Of a stretch of 64,000 nt of DNA, positions 42,358 to 51,477 are shown piece by piece. Numbering within the stretch: the stretch's first letter is position 1; each line of letters starts with the position of its first letter. The stretch covers positions 1 through 64,000 of the IMG/VR virus record IMGVR_UViG_3300046804_004438. The stretch is one strand, 5' to 3'. The position numbers and the translations under genes are program-made. This stretch comes from a virus. Below the pieces are notes generated by a model. That model was not told the DNA's origin. It did no database searches and worked only from the letters and a program-made list of their open reading frames with translations.

Positions 42358-42962
42358 TGGGTATTTTTACTAACGTACTTGAAAGAGGTAGAACTAATAA
42401 AACCACTTCTGGTATTATCAGACCTGGTACTGATGAAGCTAGAGATTGGTATAGAGAGTTAGCACTTTCTATCAGAAGTGTGAGAGTAGAAAATATTGTA
42501 AGAAACAATGTCAAATTCAATCGTAATGTTATAAGACCTGGGTTTCTTTATTTGTTTAATTATGATCCTAAGATGAAAGAAGATTTACCTTACTATGATA
42601 GATTCCCACTTGTATTTCCATTTGAATTGACAGAGGATGGATTTTATGGTTTGAATCTTCATTATATTCCTCCAATCTATAGAGCTAGATTAATGGACAA
42701 TCTTTATGGTCTAATTAATAACGAAAAGTATGACGAAACAACAAAGATAAGAGCTTCTTATAAATTGCTTAATTCTGCAGCTCGCTATAAATATTTTAAA
42801 CCGTGTGTAAAAAGATATCTAAACAGTCATGTAAGAGGTAAGTTTTTGCTTGTTCCAGCTAATGAGTGGGACATAGCATTGTTTCTACCGTTACAAAGAT
42901 TTGTTAAGAAAAATGTTAATACTGTATACAGAGATTCAAGAATAATAATAAACAATTCCTGA
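42357..42962 (+). CDS. gp2: DNA end protector protein gp2
   Basis: PG.LY.F.YDPK.K..LPYYDRFPL; GLNLHY.P...R..L; PCVKRYL..H. Confidence 0.92.
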   Translation: MGIFTNVLERGRTNKTTSGIIRPGTDEARDWYRELALSIRSVRVENIVRNNVKFNRNVIRPGFLYLFNYDPKMKEDLPYYDRFPLVFPFELTEDGFYGLNLHYIPPIYRARLMDNLYGLINNEKYDETTKIRASYKLLNSAARYKYFKPCVKRYLNSHVRGKFLLVPANEWDIALFLPLQRFVKKNVNTVYRDSRIIINNS

Positions 42963-42972
42963 GGAAAAATAA

Positions 42973-43713
42973 ATGGCATTCAATGTATATGAAATGTTGG
43001 GAACTTTAGATGAAGCCGGCGGCTTTACAAAAGCCTCTAAGTTTTTTGTTGAGATATATCCTCCAAGAGCTTTGGCTGTTAGTCCTACATTGTTTTTTCT
43101 TTGTGAATCATCCAATCTTCCTGGCATTACCTTGCAAACGGAAGATGTTAAAGTATATGGATATGGAGTAAATGAAAAAAGAGCTAGTGGAATAGATTTT
43201 AACGGTAATATGTTACCATTATCTTTTTTTAATGATTCAAATGGTAAGGTGTTAACTTTTTTTCATCGATGGATACAATCGATCTACAACTTTAATCTTA
43301 ATATTAATCCTGCTGGAACATCAAGAGGTGTTCCTATGAATACATTATCATATCCAAAAGAATACTATGGAATAGTAAACATTTCACATTTTGACGATTC
43401 TGGTGAACAAATTATTCAATACACATTGAACGAAGCATATCCAGTTGCAATAGGTGATGTGCCAGTTGATTGGGGTCTATCTGATCAAATAGTGAGAATA
43501 CCAATAAGTTTTGCATATGGTTATTGGACAGCAGAGACTTTGGATCCTGGTGTTGTAGACGAGAGATCTAGAGCAAACTATTATGCAACCCAATCAGTTC
43601 AAACAAGAACTGATTTTGAATTAAAGGCTGTAAGAGAATTATTGTTTATAACTTCTCCTTCACAAACTAACAGAACAGTTAATCAATTATCCAATCTTAT
43701 AACATTCCTATAA
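42973..43713 (+). CDS. gp54: Baseplate tail tube initiator (gp54; gp19-like fold)
   Basis: CES..LPG, FF..W...I, Y.L.EAYP..IG.V..DW. Confidence 0.75.
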   Translation: MAFNVYEMLGTLDEAGGFTKASKFFVEIYPPRALAVSPTLFFLCESSNLPGITLQTEDVKVYGYGVNEKRASGIDFNGNMLPLSFFNDSNGKVLTFFHRWIQSIYNFNLNINPAGTSRGVPMNTLSYPKEYYGIVNISHFDDSGEQIIQYTLNEAYPVAIGDVPVDWGLSDQIVRIPISFAYGYWTAETLDPGVVDERSRANYYATQSVQTRTDFELKAVRELLFITSPSQTNRTVNQLSNLITFL

Positions 43714-43730
43714 TATAAAGGTGATTTGTC

Positions 43731-44426
43731 ATGGCACTACCAAAAATTAAACATCCAACATATCCTGTAACTATACCTTCTACAAAACAGCAGGTAAACA
43801 TAAGACCTTTTACAGTACAAGAAGAAAAGCTGCTATTGATGGCAAGATCTTCTGAAAATGTTGAAGATGCTGCTAATGCAATTAAACAAATAGTAAACAA
43901 TTGTATTCAAGAACCTGTTGATGTAGATAGGTTGGCAATATTTGATATTGAATATTTGTTTATAAAATTAAGATCTAAATCTGTTGGAGAATTAGTAGAT
44001 CTAGAATATAATGATACCGAAACTAATGAAAACATAAAATTTAAAATAAATTTAGAAGATATAGAAATTAAAATTAATCCAGAACATAAAAACAAATTTA
44101 TCATAGCTGATGATGTTGGTGTTGTTATGAAATATCCCACTCTAAATCAAGTTAGTCTTTTAGGAGCCACTGAAGACAATCAAAACAACACGATGGAAGT
44201 TTTGCGTAAATGTATTGATAAAATTTATGATAGTGATAACGTATATAATGATTTTACTGAAAAAGAAATGAATGATTTTATTGATAGTCTACCAATAGAT
44301 AGTATGCAAAAAATTAGAAGTTTTTTTGAGACAATGCCTTCAGTAGAACATGAAGTTGAGTTGAAAAATAAGGATGGAAAACCAGTTGTTGTAAAATTGA
44401 AGGGTCTCAACAATTTTTTTCAGTAA
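43731..44426 (+). CDS. gp26: Baseplate hub assembly protein gp26
   Basis: MALPKI..P.Y...IPST.....RPF.V.EEK.LL; FDIEYLF.KLR.KSVGE; GL.NFF. Confidence 0.92.
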   Translation: MALPKIKHPTYPVTIPSTKQQVNIRPFTVQEEKLLLMARSSENVEDAANAIKQIVNNCIQEPVDVDRLAIFDIEYLFIKLRSKSVGELVDLEYNDTETNENIKFKINLEDIEIKINPEHKNKFIIADDVGVVMKYPTLNQVSLLGATEDNQNNTMEVLRKCIDKIYDSDNVYNDFTEKEMNDFIDSLPIDSMQKIRSFFETMPSVEHEVELKNKDGKPVVVKLKGLNNFFQ

Positions 44427-44605
44427 TGACCGGATATAGTAATATCGCGGTCTATTACAACACTCTTTTTTCATTGGTCCAACACCATAAATATTCCTTG
44501 ACGGAGGTTTATGACATGTATCCTTATGAGAGGGATTTGTTCGTAGAGCTCTTAATGAAACATCTAAGAGAGTTAGAAGAAGAAAGAAAGAGACGAAATG
44601 GCTAA
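44426..44605 (+). CDS. gp51: Baseplate hub assembly catalyst gp51-like (59 aa, not in ORF track)
   Basis: MTGYSNIAVYYNTLFSLVQHHKYSLTEVYDMYPYERDLFVELLMKHLRELEEERKRRNG; the QHHKYSL.E...M.P.ER motif is characteristic. Confidence 0.88.
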   Translation: MTGYSNIAVYYNTLFSLVQHHKYSLTEVYDMYPYERDLFVELLMKHLRELEEERKRRNG

Positions 44606-47180
44606 AAGCCCTAAAATTACAGCTGCAACTGGTGCAAAGATAGGATTTTCAAAAGAATATTCTAATACACCAGAAGGTAAAAGTCAAATTGAAAATCTTC
44701 TTCGTAAAATTCAAGCAGCTGAGGCAAAAGCTGCAGCTGCCAATCAACAAGCAGCAGATGCTCAAATTGAAGCTTCAGAAGCTCAACAAGATGCAGCTGA
44801 AACAATAAATCAAGCTGCTGAAACACAACAAGAAGCTGCAGACAAATTATCAAGTGCTGCTGATAACATTAAAACTTCTTCTGAAAAAATTCAAGCTACA
44901 AATGAAATTTTCAATGGTATTGGAAATTCATTAAAGGGAGTATTTTCATCTTTTAACGATTCAGTTAAAAACTTTGTAGACTCAATTCAAAATAACATTA
45001 ATGGTCAAATTGATCAGCCAGTTGATTTAAATGACAGTAAAGGTATTTTAGATTTAATTGAACAAAGATTATCAACGTTAATTATTATAAACAATGATAT
45101 TTTTGATAAAATTAATAATCAAAATACTTTATTTTCTAAAATGTTACTTTCACTAGAGAACATCTCTAAAGGAACAACAGCTCAGCGTAGCAGTGGCGGT
45201 GGTGGTAATAAACCACCAAGACCTGTCAACGTTAACACCGGTGGCGGTGGGGGAGGGGGTCGTCGTGGAGGTGGCGGAGTACTAAGTGAAGCTGGTGATA
45301 TGTTTGCAGGAATTGGAGCTGCAGGAGCTGGAATTGGTGCATTCTTTTTAGGTCTTGCTGGTTCAGAAGCTATAATGGAAAAGTTTGGTACTGGAGAAAA
45401 TCTTAAAAAACTTCTTATGAATTTAGGAGAAGGTTTAGCATCATTGGGTACTAGAGACCTAGTAGCAATTGGTGCTGCAATGGGCGTTGGAGCATTACTA
45501 AACAGAGGTGGTGGAATTGGTGGTGCTGTAGGAATTAGTACAGGTATAGGTGCTGTTGGTTTTGGAATAGGAGCTTTCTTTACAGGTCTTGCTGCAGGCG
45601 ATGCAGCAATGTCGTGGATGAATACTGATATGGAAGCTCTGAAAAAAGCTATTAAAGGAATGGGTGAAGCTTTAAGTTCATTAGACTTGCAGGCATTGGA
45701 AGTAATGGGTGGATTACTTGCAGGAGGTGCAGCTGCAGGTCTTTTATTCAGTCCTTCCAAAGTTGCAGGTGCTACTGTTGGAATGGGTGCAATTGGATTA
45801 GGTATCGGTTCTTTCTTTGCTGGTTTGGGAGTTGGAGATAAGGCTTTAACTTGGATGAATGTAGATGGTGAAAAATTAACCAAGATGATGAAGAATATGT
45901 CTGAAGGATTTAAGGCATTTACTGCTGACCCTGCATCATTAGCGGTTCTTGGTGGATTGTTGGGTGCTGGAGCTGCAGCAGGATTGTTTGGTCCTGTTGC
46001 TGTTGGTGAAATGGGTATTGGAATGGGTGCTATAGGTTTAGGTATAGGAGCATTCTTTGGAGGTCTTGGAGCTGGTGATAAAGCTTTAACTTGGATGAAT
46101 GTAGATGGTGATAGACTAGTAAAAATGATGAAAAATCTTTCTGAAGGTATCAAGGCATTTACAGCTGACCCTGCAACATTAGCAGTGTTAGGAGGTTTAT
46201 TAGGAGCAGGTGCTACGATAGGATTGTTTGGACCTTCAGCAGTTGCAGGAGCTGCTACTGGTATGGCGGCCGTTGGATTAGGTATAGCTGGTTTCTTTGG
46301 AGCGTTTGCAGGATTAGATAAACTAGCATCGTGGATGGGTGCTGATGGATCAAGCTTAAAAACGCTACTAGTAAATTTAACAGCTGGTTTAGCAGGATTC
46401 AAAGAACTTAAAGATGTAAACTTACTTTCTATAGCTGGAGGACTTCTAGCTTTAGGTCCCGCCATGTTAGCGTTCTTTGGTTCTGAAGGTATTGCAGGAA
46501 TTGCAGAATCATTTAAAGGATTCTGGAACTGGATGACAGGATCAGATGATAGTGGCAATACAAGTTCTAATAGAATAAAAAAATTAGTAGAATCAATCAA
46601 GCCACTAGGTGAATTAAACAATCTTAAATTTGATAAATTGGATGCATTATCTGCATCTATAAGCAATCTTGCTGATGCAATGACAAAAATGGCAGATGTA
46701 TCAGTAGGAAGATTGCAAGATAACTTACAAAATTTTATTACGTCATTTGCTAGTCAAATTAAAAACTTAGATGTTCTAGCGCACGGTGGTATGTTAGAAA
46801 TAACAGAACCAGGAATGTTGTGGGGTACAAATACCAAAAAAGTTCCTCTGAAAAAAGGAATACTAGATCCTTCACTTAGTATAGATGAGATGTTTAATGT
46901 TATTTCTAAAGTAAGAGCTATAATGGGCTCAACTGATGGAAATTATAATCCAGTACAAAATGATCAGTTAAATTCTGCTAAGAAGATAAATCAAAGTGCT
47001 ACTGAAAAAGAATCTGGATCTAATGTAACAGTTAACAATAACAATGTTAATAACAATTATAATGGTGGATCTGGAGCTAGGGAACCAAAAATAGGTGGTA
47101 ATGTAAAAACATCACCACCTAGATCAGGAATTGAAGAACGTTTATTAGGTCCTCCAAACGTATACGCAGCTACACCTTAA
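44598..47180 (+). CDS. Probable tail tape-measure protein (gp29-like)
   Basis: 860 aa directly after gp26/gp51; coiled-coil N-terminus and ~80-aa Gly/Ala-rich amphipathic repeats. Confidence 0.7.
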   Translation: MAKSPKITAATGAKIGFSKEYSNTPEGKSQIENLLRKIQAAEAKAAAANQQAADAQIEASEAQQDAAETINQAAETQQEAADKLSSAADNIKTSSEKIQATNEIFNGIGNSLKGVFSSFNDSVKNFVDSIQNNINGQIDQPVDLNDSKGILDLIEQRLSTLIIINNDIFDKINNQNTLFSKMLLSLENISKGTTAQRSSGGGGNKPPRPVNVNTGGGGGGGRRGGGGVLSEAGDMFAGIGAAGAGIGAFFLGLAGSEAIMEKFGTGENLKKLLMNLGEGLASLGTRDLVAIGAAMGVGALLNRGGGIGGAVGISTGIGAVGFGIGAFFTGLAAGDAAMSWMNTDMEALKKAIKGMGEALSSLDLQALEVMGGLLAGGAAAGLLFSPSKVAGATVGMGAIGLGIGSFFAGLGVGDKALTWMNVDGEKLTKMMKNMSEGFKAFTADPASLAVLGGLLGAGAAAGLFGPVAVGEMGIGMGAIGLGIGAFFGGLGAGDKALTWMNVDGDRLVKMMKNLSEGIKAFTADPATLAVLGGLLGAGATIGLFGPSAVAGAATGMAAVGLGIAGFFGAFAGLDKLASWMGADGSSLKTLLVNLTAGLAGFKELKDVNLLSIAGGLLALGPAMLAFFGSEGIAGIAESFKGFWNWMTGSDDSGNTSSNRIKKLVESIKPLGELNNLKFDKLDALSASISNLADAMTKMADVSVGRLQDNLQNFITSFASQIKNLDVLAHGGMLEITEPGMLWGTNTKKVPLKKGILDPSLSIDEMFNVISKVRAIMGSTDGNYNPVQNDQLNSAKKINQSATEKESGSNVTVNNNNVNNNYNGGSGAREPKIGGNVKTSPPRSGIEERLLGPPNVYAATP
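45776..46260 (+). repeat. 240-nt (80-aa) tandem duplication inside the tape-measure gene
   Basis: gaatgggtgc at 45781 and 46021; ttggatgaatgtagatggtg at 45851 and 46091. Confidence 0.9.
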
Positions 47181-48094
47181 TTGGTGTTAGCAAGCTTCTT
47201 GAAGAAGCTGAGATCTTCATCATCGTCCTCATCCCATGGTGCAGATTCCTGCTTAGGAATTGAAGGAGCAGCTGCTGCCTTCTGAGGAACTGGGAAAGCT
47301 TCATCTTCATCGATAGCTGATGGCACGTTCTGAGCTGAATCATTACCAACACCAAGAGCCTTCTCCAAGCGAGCCTTAAGTTCTTCATAAGACTTGAAAT
47401 GCTTGTGATCAAGAAGCTCTTGAAGTGAATGCTGCTTGCCCCAGATTGCCTTGATTTCATCATCATCATTAGCAATTGCTGATGGTGCCTCAAACTCAGA
47501 CTTGTCGTAATTACGATAGCCTTCTACCTGACGAATCTTCAACTTGAAGTTAGCACCATCCCAGAAGTCAAATGGATTGACTGCCTTCTCGTCAGCAAAC
47601 TGAGGATGCATTGCTTCATTGAGCTTATCAAAGATCTTCTTGCCATACTTGAACAAGAACACCTTACCGTTATTCTCTGGACGAGTAGGATCATTAACAA
47701 CAAGAATGTTTGAGAAGTAAGAAAGACGGCGCTTATACTTACGAGCAAGATTCTTGTTTGATTCGATACCAGAGTTCCACAACTTGTTGTTCATCTCAGA
47801 TACAGGATCTGGCTTGTTGAACGTAGTCAGACTCTTCTCGATATACCAGCCACCAGGACCTTGGAACCCATGGTCCCAAATGCGTACGAAAGGCATATCT
47901 TCTCCGGCTGGTGCGGGAAGGAAACGAATGATCGCATAACCATTGCCGGCTTTGTCGACATCTGGTTTCCAGTAGCGATCGTCGTTGCCTGAGCCTTCTT
48001 GGGGAACTGTAGAATTGAGCTTGTTGAGCTCGGAGGTAAGTTTGTCAAAGTTAGACTTACGATTTTGCTTGAGTGCTTCGAAATTAATAGTCAT
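47177..48094 (-). CDS. gp32: Single-stranded DNA-binding protein gp32
   Basis: DDR.WKP..DKAGNGYA.IRFLP; HGFQGPGGWYIE.SLTT; GKVFLFKYGKKIFDK; GANFKLKIR; acidic tail. Confidence 0.98.
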   Translation of the reverse strand: MTINFEALKQNRKSNFDKLTSELNKLNSTVPQEGSGNDDRYWKPDVDKAGNGYAIIRFLPAPAGEDMPFVRIWDHGFQGPGGWYIEKSLTTFNKPDPVSEMNNKLWNSGIESNKNLARKYKRRLSYFSNILVVNDPTRPENNGKVFLFKYGKKIFDKLNEAMHPQFADEKAVNPFDFWDGANFKLKIRQVEGYRNYDKSEFEAPSAIANDDDEIKAIWGKQHSLQELLDHKHFKSYEELKARLEKALGVGNDSAQNVPSAIDEDEAFPVPQKAAAAPSIPKQESAPWDEDDDEDLSFFKKLANTN

Positions 48095-48154
48095 TATATT
48101 CTCCGTTGTATGTGTGTTTCGATATGTTTATTATATGATACGATGTATATTAGA

Positions 48155-48727
48155 TCAAGAGAATTTATTCTTCAAGATCTGACAGTATTTATCTTTATCA
48201 TATTTTATAAAGGGATGGAGCTTCTTACAGTTCATTGCTATCTGTGGCCAAAGAACTGGATCAGCAATCTCTTTATTCCATTTACTGAAGAAACGTACAC
48301 AGTCTTGGATAATGATGAACGTTTCTTTTGTAATCTTTTTTCGTGTGAGTAGAGTGAGAAGGTAAGGATAGTCACCTGGCTTTACTTCAAAGTTAGAGTC
48401 AAAGTTTTCTAACAAATTATCTATGTCAGATTCAAATGTGTATTGTAGTGATTGCCTACGTCTCAAAAACTCATTGTATTTCATCTGCTGGTCAAGACCA
48501 AACAAATCACCTACCCATAACTTTTGGTACTCAGAAAAGTTAGCCACAAGAAACGTGAGAGGATCCTCGTGTTTGGACAATTTATAAAACATATACTTGT
48601 CCTTGCGAGTCTCAAAAGAATGTTCTGTTACTCTTACCTTGCCATTGTACTTAAAGTAGTCGTATGATTGGGTAGTAAAGTGATTCTTAATTGCAGTGTA
48701 TAGTTTAAATGCTTCAAAAGGTGTCAT
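48155..48727 (-). CDS. gp59: Helicase loader gp59
   Basis: Y.AIK.HFT..SYDYFKY.GK......F..RKD...F.KL; position upstream of gp32. Confidence 0.92.
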   Translation of the reverse strand: MTPFEAFKLYTAIKNHFTTQSYDYFKYNGKVRVTEHSFETRKDKYMFYKLSKHEDPLTFLVANFSEYQKLWVGDLFGLDQQMKYNEFLRRRQSLQYTFESDIDNLLENFDSNFEVKPGDYPYLLTLLTRKKITKETFIIIQDCVRFFSKWNKEIADPVLWPQIAMNCKKLHPFIKYDKDKYCQILKNKFS

Positions 48728-49437
48728 GTAAATTTTTTAATAAGTTCCGGAGCTATCCTGCCTATCTCTAGACCCTTCACTTCTGGCTTGAGATGTAAAC
48801 TGGTGTCACCAACAACTGCGATTCTTCTTCCTTTGAATGGTTCTGTTGCCTTTGGATTAGCAATGGTACCATGATTTAGACCACCAGGGAATGCAACAAA
48901 CATACCTTCATGTGGGTAGAAATGATACGTATTGAAGTTTGCAGTATTATATTCTCTAATCAAATTATGCTCACTATCTCTTCCATCATCCAATGCACCT
49001 GGAAATATTTCATTTGGCTTATGCATATTAGCAAAGCTGATCACATCAGAATTTTCAGGGACATCCAAATAATATACAAAAGAAATATCAGAAGATGTAT
49101 GACTATGATATCTCATATGAAGATCATCTTTGTCAATAATTGACAACCAACATTTCGTGATGTAGATGTCAATCAGGTTTTCTTTATATCCTAGACCGTG
49201 GATGTATGAACGTATATTAGACGTAACCTCGTTAAAAAATATTTCTAATTGTGGAATCAGATGAATGTCTGTCTGACCATTGTACTCACCAGTAAGCAGA
49301 TCTGACGTACTTTCAAATATATAATCTTTTAGATTATTTCTCAACAGTTGATTATATGTTTGGTAGTATTTGAATGTGCTTTTATATACAGCGAGTGGAA
49401 ATAAGAACACAAGCTCAGGATCTTCAACAACACTCAT
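48724..49437 (-). CDS. 2OG-Fe(II) oxygenase (TIGR02466-like)
   Basis: LFP..VY, CW, HSH..S.ISFVYY, P.EG....FP..L.H, RI. Confidence 0.8.
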   Translation of the reverse strand: MSVVEDPELVFLFPLAVYKSTFKYYQTYNQLLRNNLKDYIFESTSDLLTGEYNGQTDIHLIPQLEIFFNEVTSNIRSYIHGLGYKENLIDIYITKCWLSIIDKDDLHMRYHSHTSSDISFVYYLDVPENSDVISFANMHKPNEIFPGALDDGRDSEHNLIREYNTANFNTYHFYPHEGMFVAFPGGLNHGTIANPKATEPFKGRRIAVVGDTSLHLKPEVKGLEIGRIAPELIKKFT

Positions 49438-49679
49438 ATATGAAGTCTTCCTGACTTTCTGACAAGGTTTAGATTCTCTGCCTCTAGTTGTAGCTTTGCC
49501 TTGAGAACAGTACTTTGTTTAATAATAGATGCAGCTGTCTCTACCTCGATGTTGTTTGTCTCACAATAGTGAACGACGGCATCAACATATGACAGACCAT
49601 TGAGACCTGCTATCCTATCAATCTCTTTTACAAATTCTGAAACAAACTCAGATGATGATTTTACTTTACCTATTCTCAT
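49434..49679 (-). CDS. gp33: Late promoter transcription coactivator gp33
   Basis: F..EI........YVDAVV.YCE.N.IE.E....I....LK.K...EA..LN. Confidence 0.9.
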   Translation of the reverse strand: MRIGKVKSSSEFVSEFVKEIDRIAGLNGLSYVDAVVHYCETNNIEVETAASIIKQSTVLKAKLQLEAENLNLVRKSGRLHI

Positions 49680-50842
49680 GAATCCAACTTCTTGTATGCT
49701 AGGGTTACATTTGTTCCACCAAAACCAAATGAATTGTTGAGAACAACATTTTGTTTTTTGTTTAATAGAGATATGGGAAGAATAATGTTTAGTGAAATGG
49801 TAGGATCTTGTTGATCAAGATGCCAGTTTGGAATTACACTATTGGTCTCTAGTGATGTTATACATGCAAGTGTTTCTATTGCACCAGCTGCTCCAAATAA
49901 ATGACCATGCAATGATTTAGTAGAGCTTACAGGAATATTATTTGTATGACTACCAAACAACTGCTCTATGCTTTGAAGTTCGACAAGATCACCCATCTGT
50001 GTTCCTGTACCGTGTGCGTTGATATATGTAACATCAGAAAGTTCAAAGTCTTTGATCGATTGTTTCATACATTGAACCTGACCTTCAACATTAGGTTTAG
50101 TTACAGACTCGCTTCCATTTGATATTCCGTAACCAACGATCTCACAATATATCTTTGCACCTCTATTAACTGCACTATTATATTCCTCTAGTACGAATAT
50201 AACAGAACCTTCTGACATTGTAATTCCATCTCTGTTCTTAGAAAATGGCTTACAATCAGAACTCAGTGCACCCATTGCCTTCCAATAAGCAAACTGCAAC
50301 TGATTGATGCATGCTTCGGAACCTCCGGCAACCAATACCTTGTGCTCACCATATGCAATCTTCTTATATGCTTCACCAATTGCAGTAGAAGAAGAAGAGC
50401 ATGCTGTGGAGTATGTTATTGCAGGTCCTTTGATTTGATCTTTGAGTGCAATGAAGTTTGCACCCATGTTAACAACTGAACAAACCAATGCTGTTGGTTT
50501 GACCTTGCCTTTTGCAAATAATGATCTGTAAGCTTCTTCATATGCTAATGCACCACCACCATATCCAACACCAAGAAATATACCCTCTGGATAGTTGTTA
50601 CTATCAAAGATTGCATCCTTATACGATAACCATGCTAGTCTTGTAAATCTGTCTGTTATGTTTAGATCATATCTATCAAAGTGCTGATCAATGTGTGTAA
50701 GTTGATCTACGACATACGCACTACTATCAAATTGATCTACTTTTGAACCTTTAGTACCATTTAGAAAACTATCTCTGACTGTTTGATAGTTGTTTCCTAA
50801 AGGTGTCCTACAACCAATACCAGTAATAACTACTCGGTTCAT
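49676..50842 (-). CDS. fabF: Beta-ketoacyl-ACP synthase (FabF/FabB family)
   Basis: RVVITGIG..TPLG; TACSSS (catalytic Cys); YINAHGTGT..GD..E; SSTKS.HGH..GAAG; NSFGFGG.N. Confidence 0.93.
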   Translation of the reverse strand: MNRVVITGIGCRTPLGNNYQTVRDSFLNGTKGSKVDQFDSSAYVVDQLTHIDQHFDRYDLNITDRFTRLAWLSYKDAIFDSNNYPEGIFLGVGYGGGALAYEEAYRSLFAKGKVKPTALVCSVVNMGANFIALKDQIKGPAITYSTACSSSSTAIGEAYKKIAYGEHKVLVAGGSEACINQLQFAYWKAMGALSSDCKPFSKNRDGITMSEGSVIFVLEEYNSAVNRGAKIYCEIVGYGISNGSESVTKPNVEGQVQCMKQSIKDFELSDVTYINAHGTGTQMGDLVELQSIEQLFGSHTNNIPVSSTKSLHGHLFGAAGAIETLACITSLETNSVIPNWHLDQQDPTISLNIILPISLLNKKQNVVLNNSFGFGGTNVTLAYKKLDS

Positions 50843-51093
50843 TTTTTATCAATGTTGTTGTATAGAAAATCTATTAGTTGATCAATTGTTTCTGTTTGTT
50901 GTTGAACAGTGATATTCAATTTGAGTTTATCTTCAAGTTCTGAAATGAATGTAATAATTTCCAAAGAATCTAACTTCTCATTTATGTTTTGTAGATCTTT
51001 TAACAAAAAGCTACCATCAAAAGAATTAAGATCAATATTGTATTCTTTTTTAAATTGATCAAATACTATCTGTCTTACTTGATCTCTTGTCAT
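50839..51093 (-). CDS. Acyl carrier protein (divergent)
   Basis: 84 aa, acidic; LDSLE...I.ELE phosphopantetheine site; TI..L.D.L C-terminus; overlaps the ketosynthase start. Confidence 0.85.
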   Translation of the reverse strand: MTRDQVRQIVFDQFKKEYNIDLNSFDGSFLLKDLQNINEKLDSLEIITFISELEDKLKLNITVQQQTETIDQLIDFLYNNIDKK

Positions 51094-51106
51094 ATCACTA
51101 CTCCAT

Positions 51107-51143
51107 AAAAAAGGTGGAGAGATTCTGTTTCCAAGCTCTCTCC
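51107..51143 (-). terminator. Rho-independent terminator closing the tmRNA coding piece
   Basis: GGAGAGA...TCTCTCC hairpin followed by ACC and a T run on the minus strand. Confidence 0.7.
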
Positions 51144-51405
51144 GGGCTCATGCTTAAGCAGCAAGTGCTAAGCTAGGTGCAAAGTTATCGTTTGCATTTA
51201 GTTTTGTTGCATCAGTCTCAGGTCAGCCTTTACTACACCTGTCGATCCTGTTTCGTCCCCATCAAAAGCATATCCCTTGCCACTATCTCATCCGCTAGCA
51301 GGACTATTGAGACCAACGTCAAGGGTTGGCGGATATGCTTATGGTGGAGACGCCGGGTACCGCCCCCGGGTCCAGAATGTTTATTCTACTTCCGTCAACG
51401 ACATC
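51107..51405 (-). ncRNA. ssrA: Permuted (two-piece, alphaproteobacterial-type) tmRNA
   Basis: On the minus strand, T-arm CCGGG-GGCGGTA-CCCGG plus CGTCTCC-A-CCA (ends 51342) precedes GGGGACG-AAACAGGATCGAC (starts 51260). The acceptor stem has the G3:U70 pair. Tag ORF 51195..51154 = ANDNFAPSLALAA*. Confidence 0.95.
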
Positions 51406-51412
51406 AGCATTA

Positions 51413-51445
51413 TATTTATAGCACATTATATTGTATAAGTCAACA
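51413..51445 (-). promoter_or_regulatory. Overlapping sigma70-like and late promoters for ssrA
   Basis: TGTTGACT-N17-TATAAA; the -10 hexamer is part of an exact TATAAATA (51413-51420). Confidence 0.7.
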
Positions 51446-51477
51446 GTTTTTAAATTGATTATACAATACATTGTATG

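Noticed and set aside
45182-46666. 494-aa antisense ORF
   Set aside because: Shadow of the Gly/Ala-rich tape-measure gene; its Pro/Ala composition mirrors the sense codons and it has no RBS.
51342-51373. tRNA-like 3' end as a tRNA gene
   Set aside because: No anticodon arm and a GGCGGTA T-loop; it is the tmRNA acceptor piece.
51177-51458. 93-aa plus-strand ORF
   Set aside because: Antisense to the tmRNA gene.
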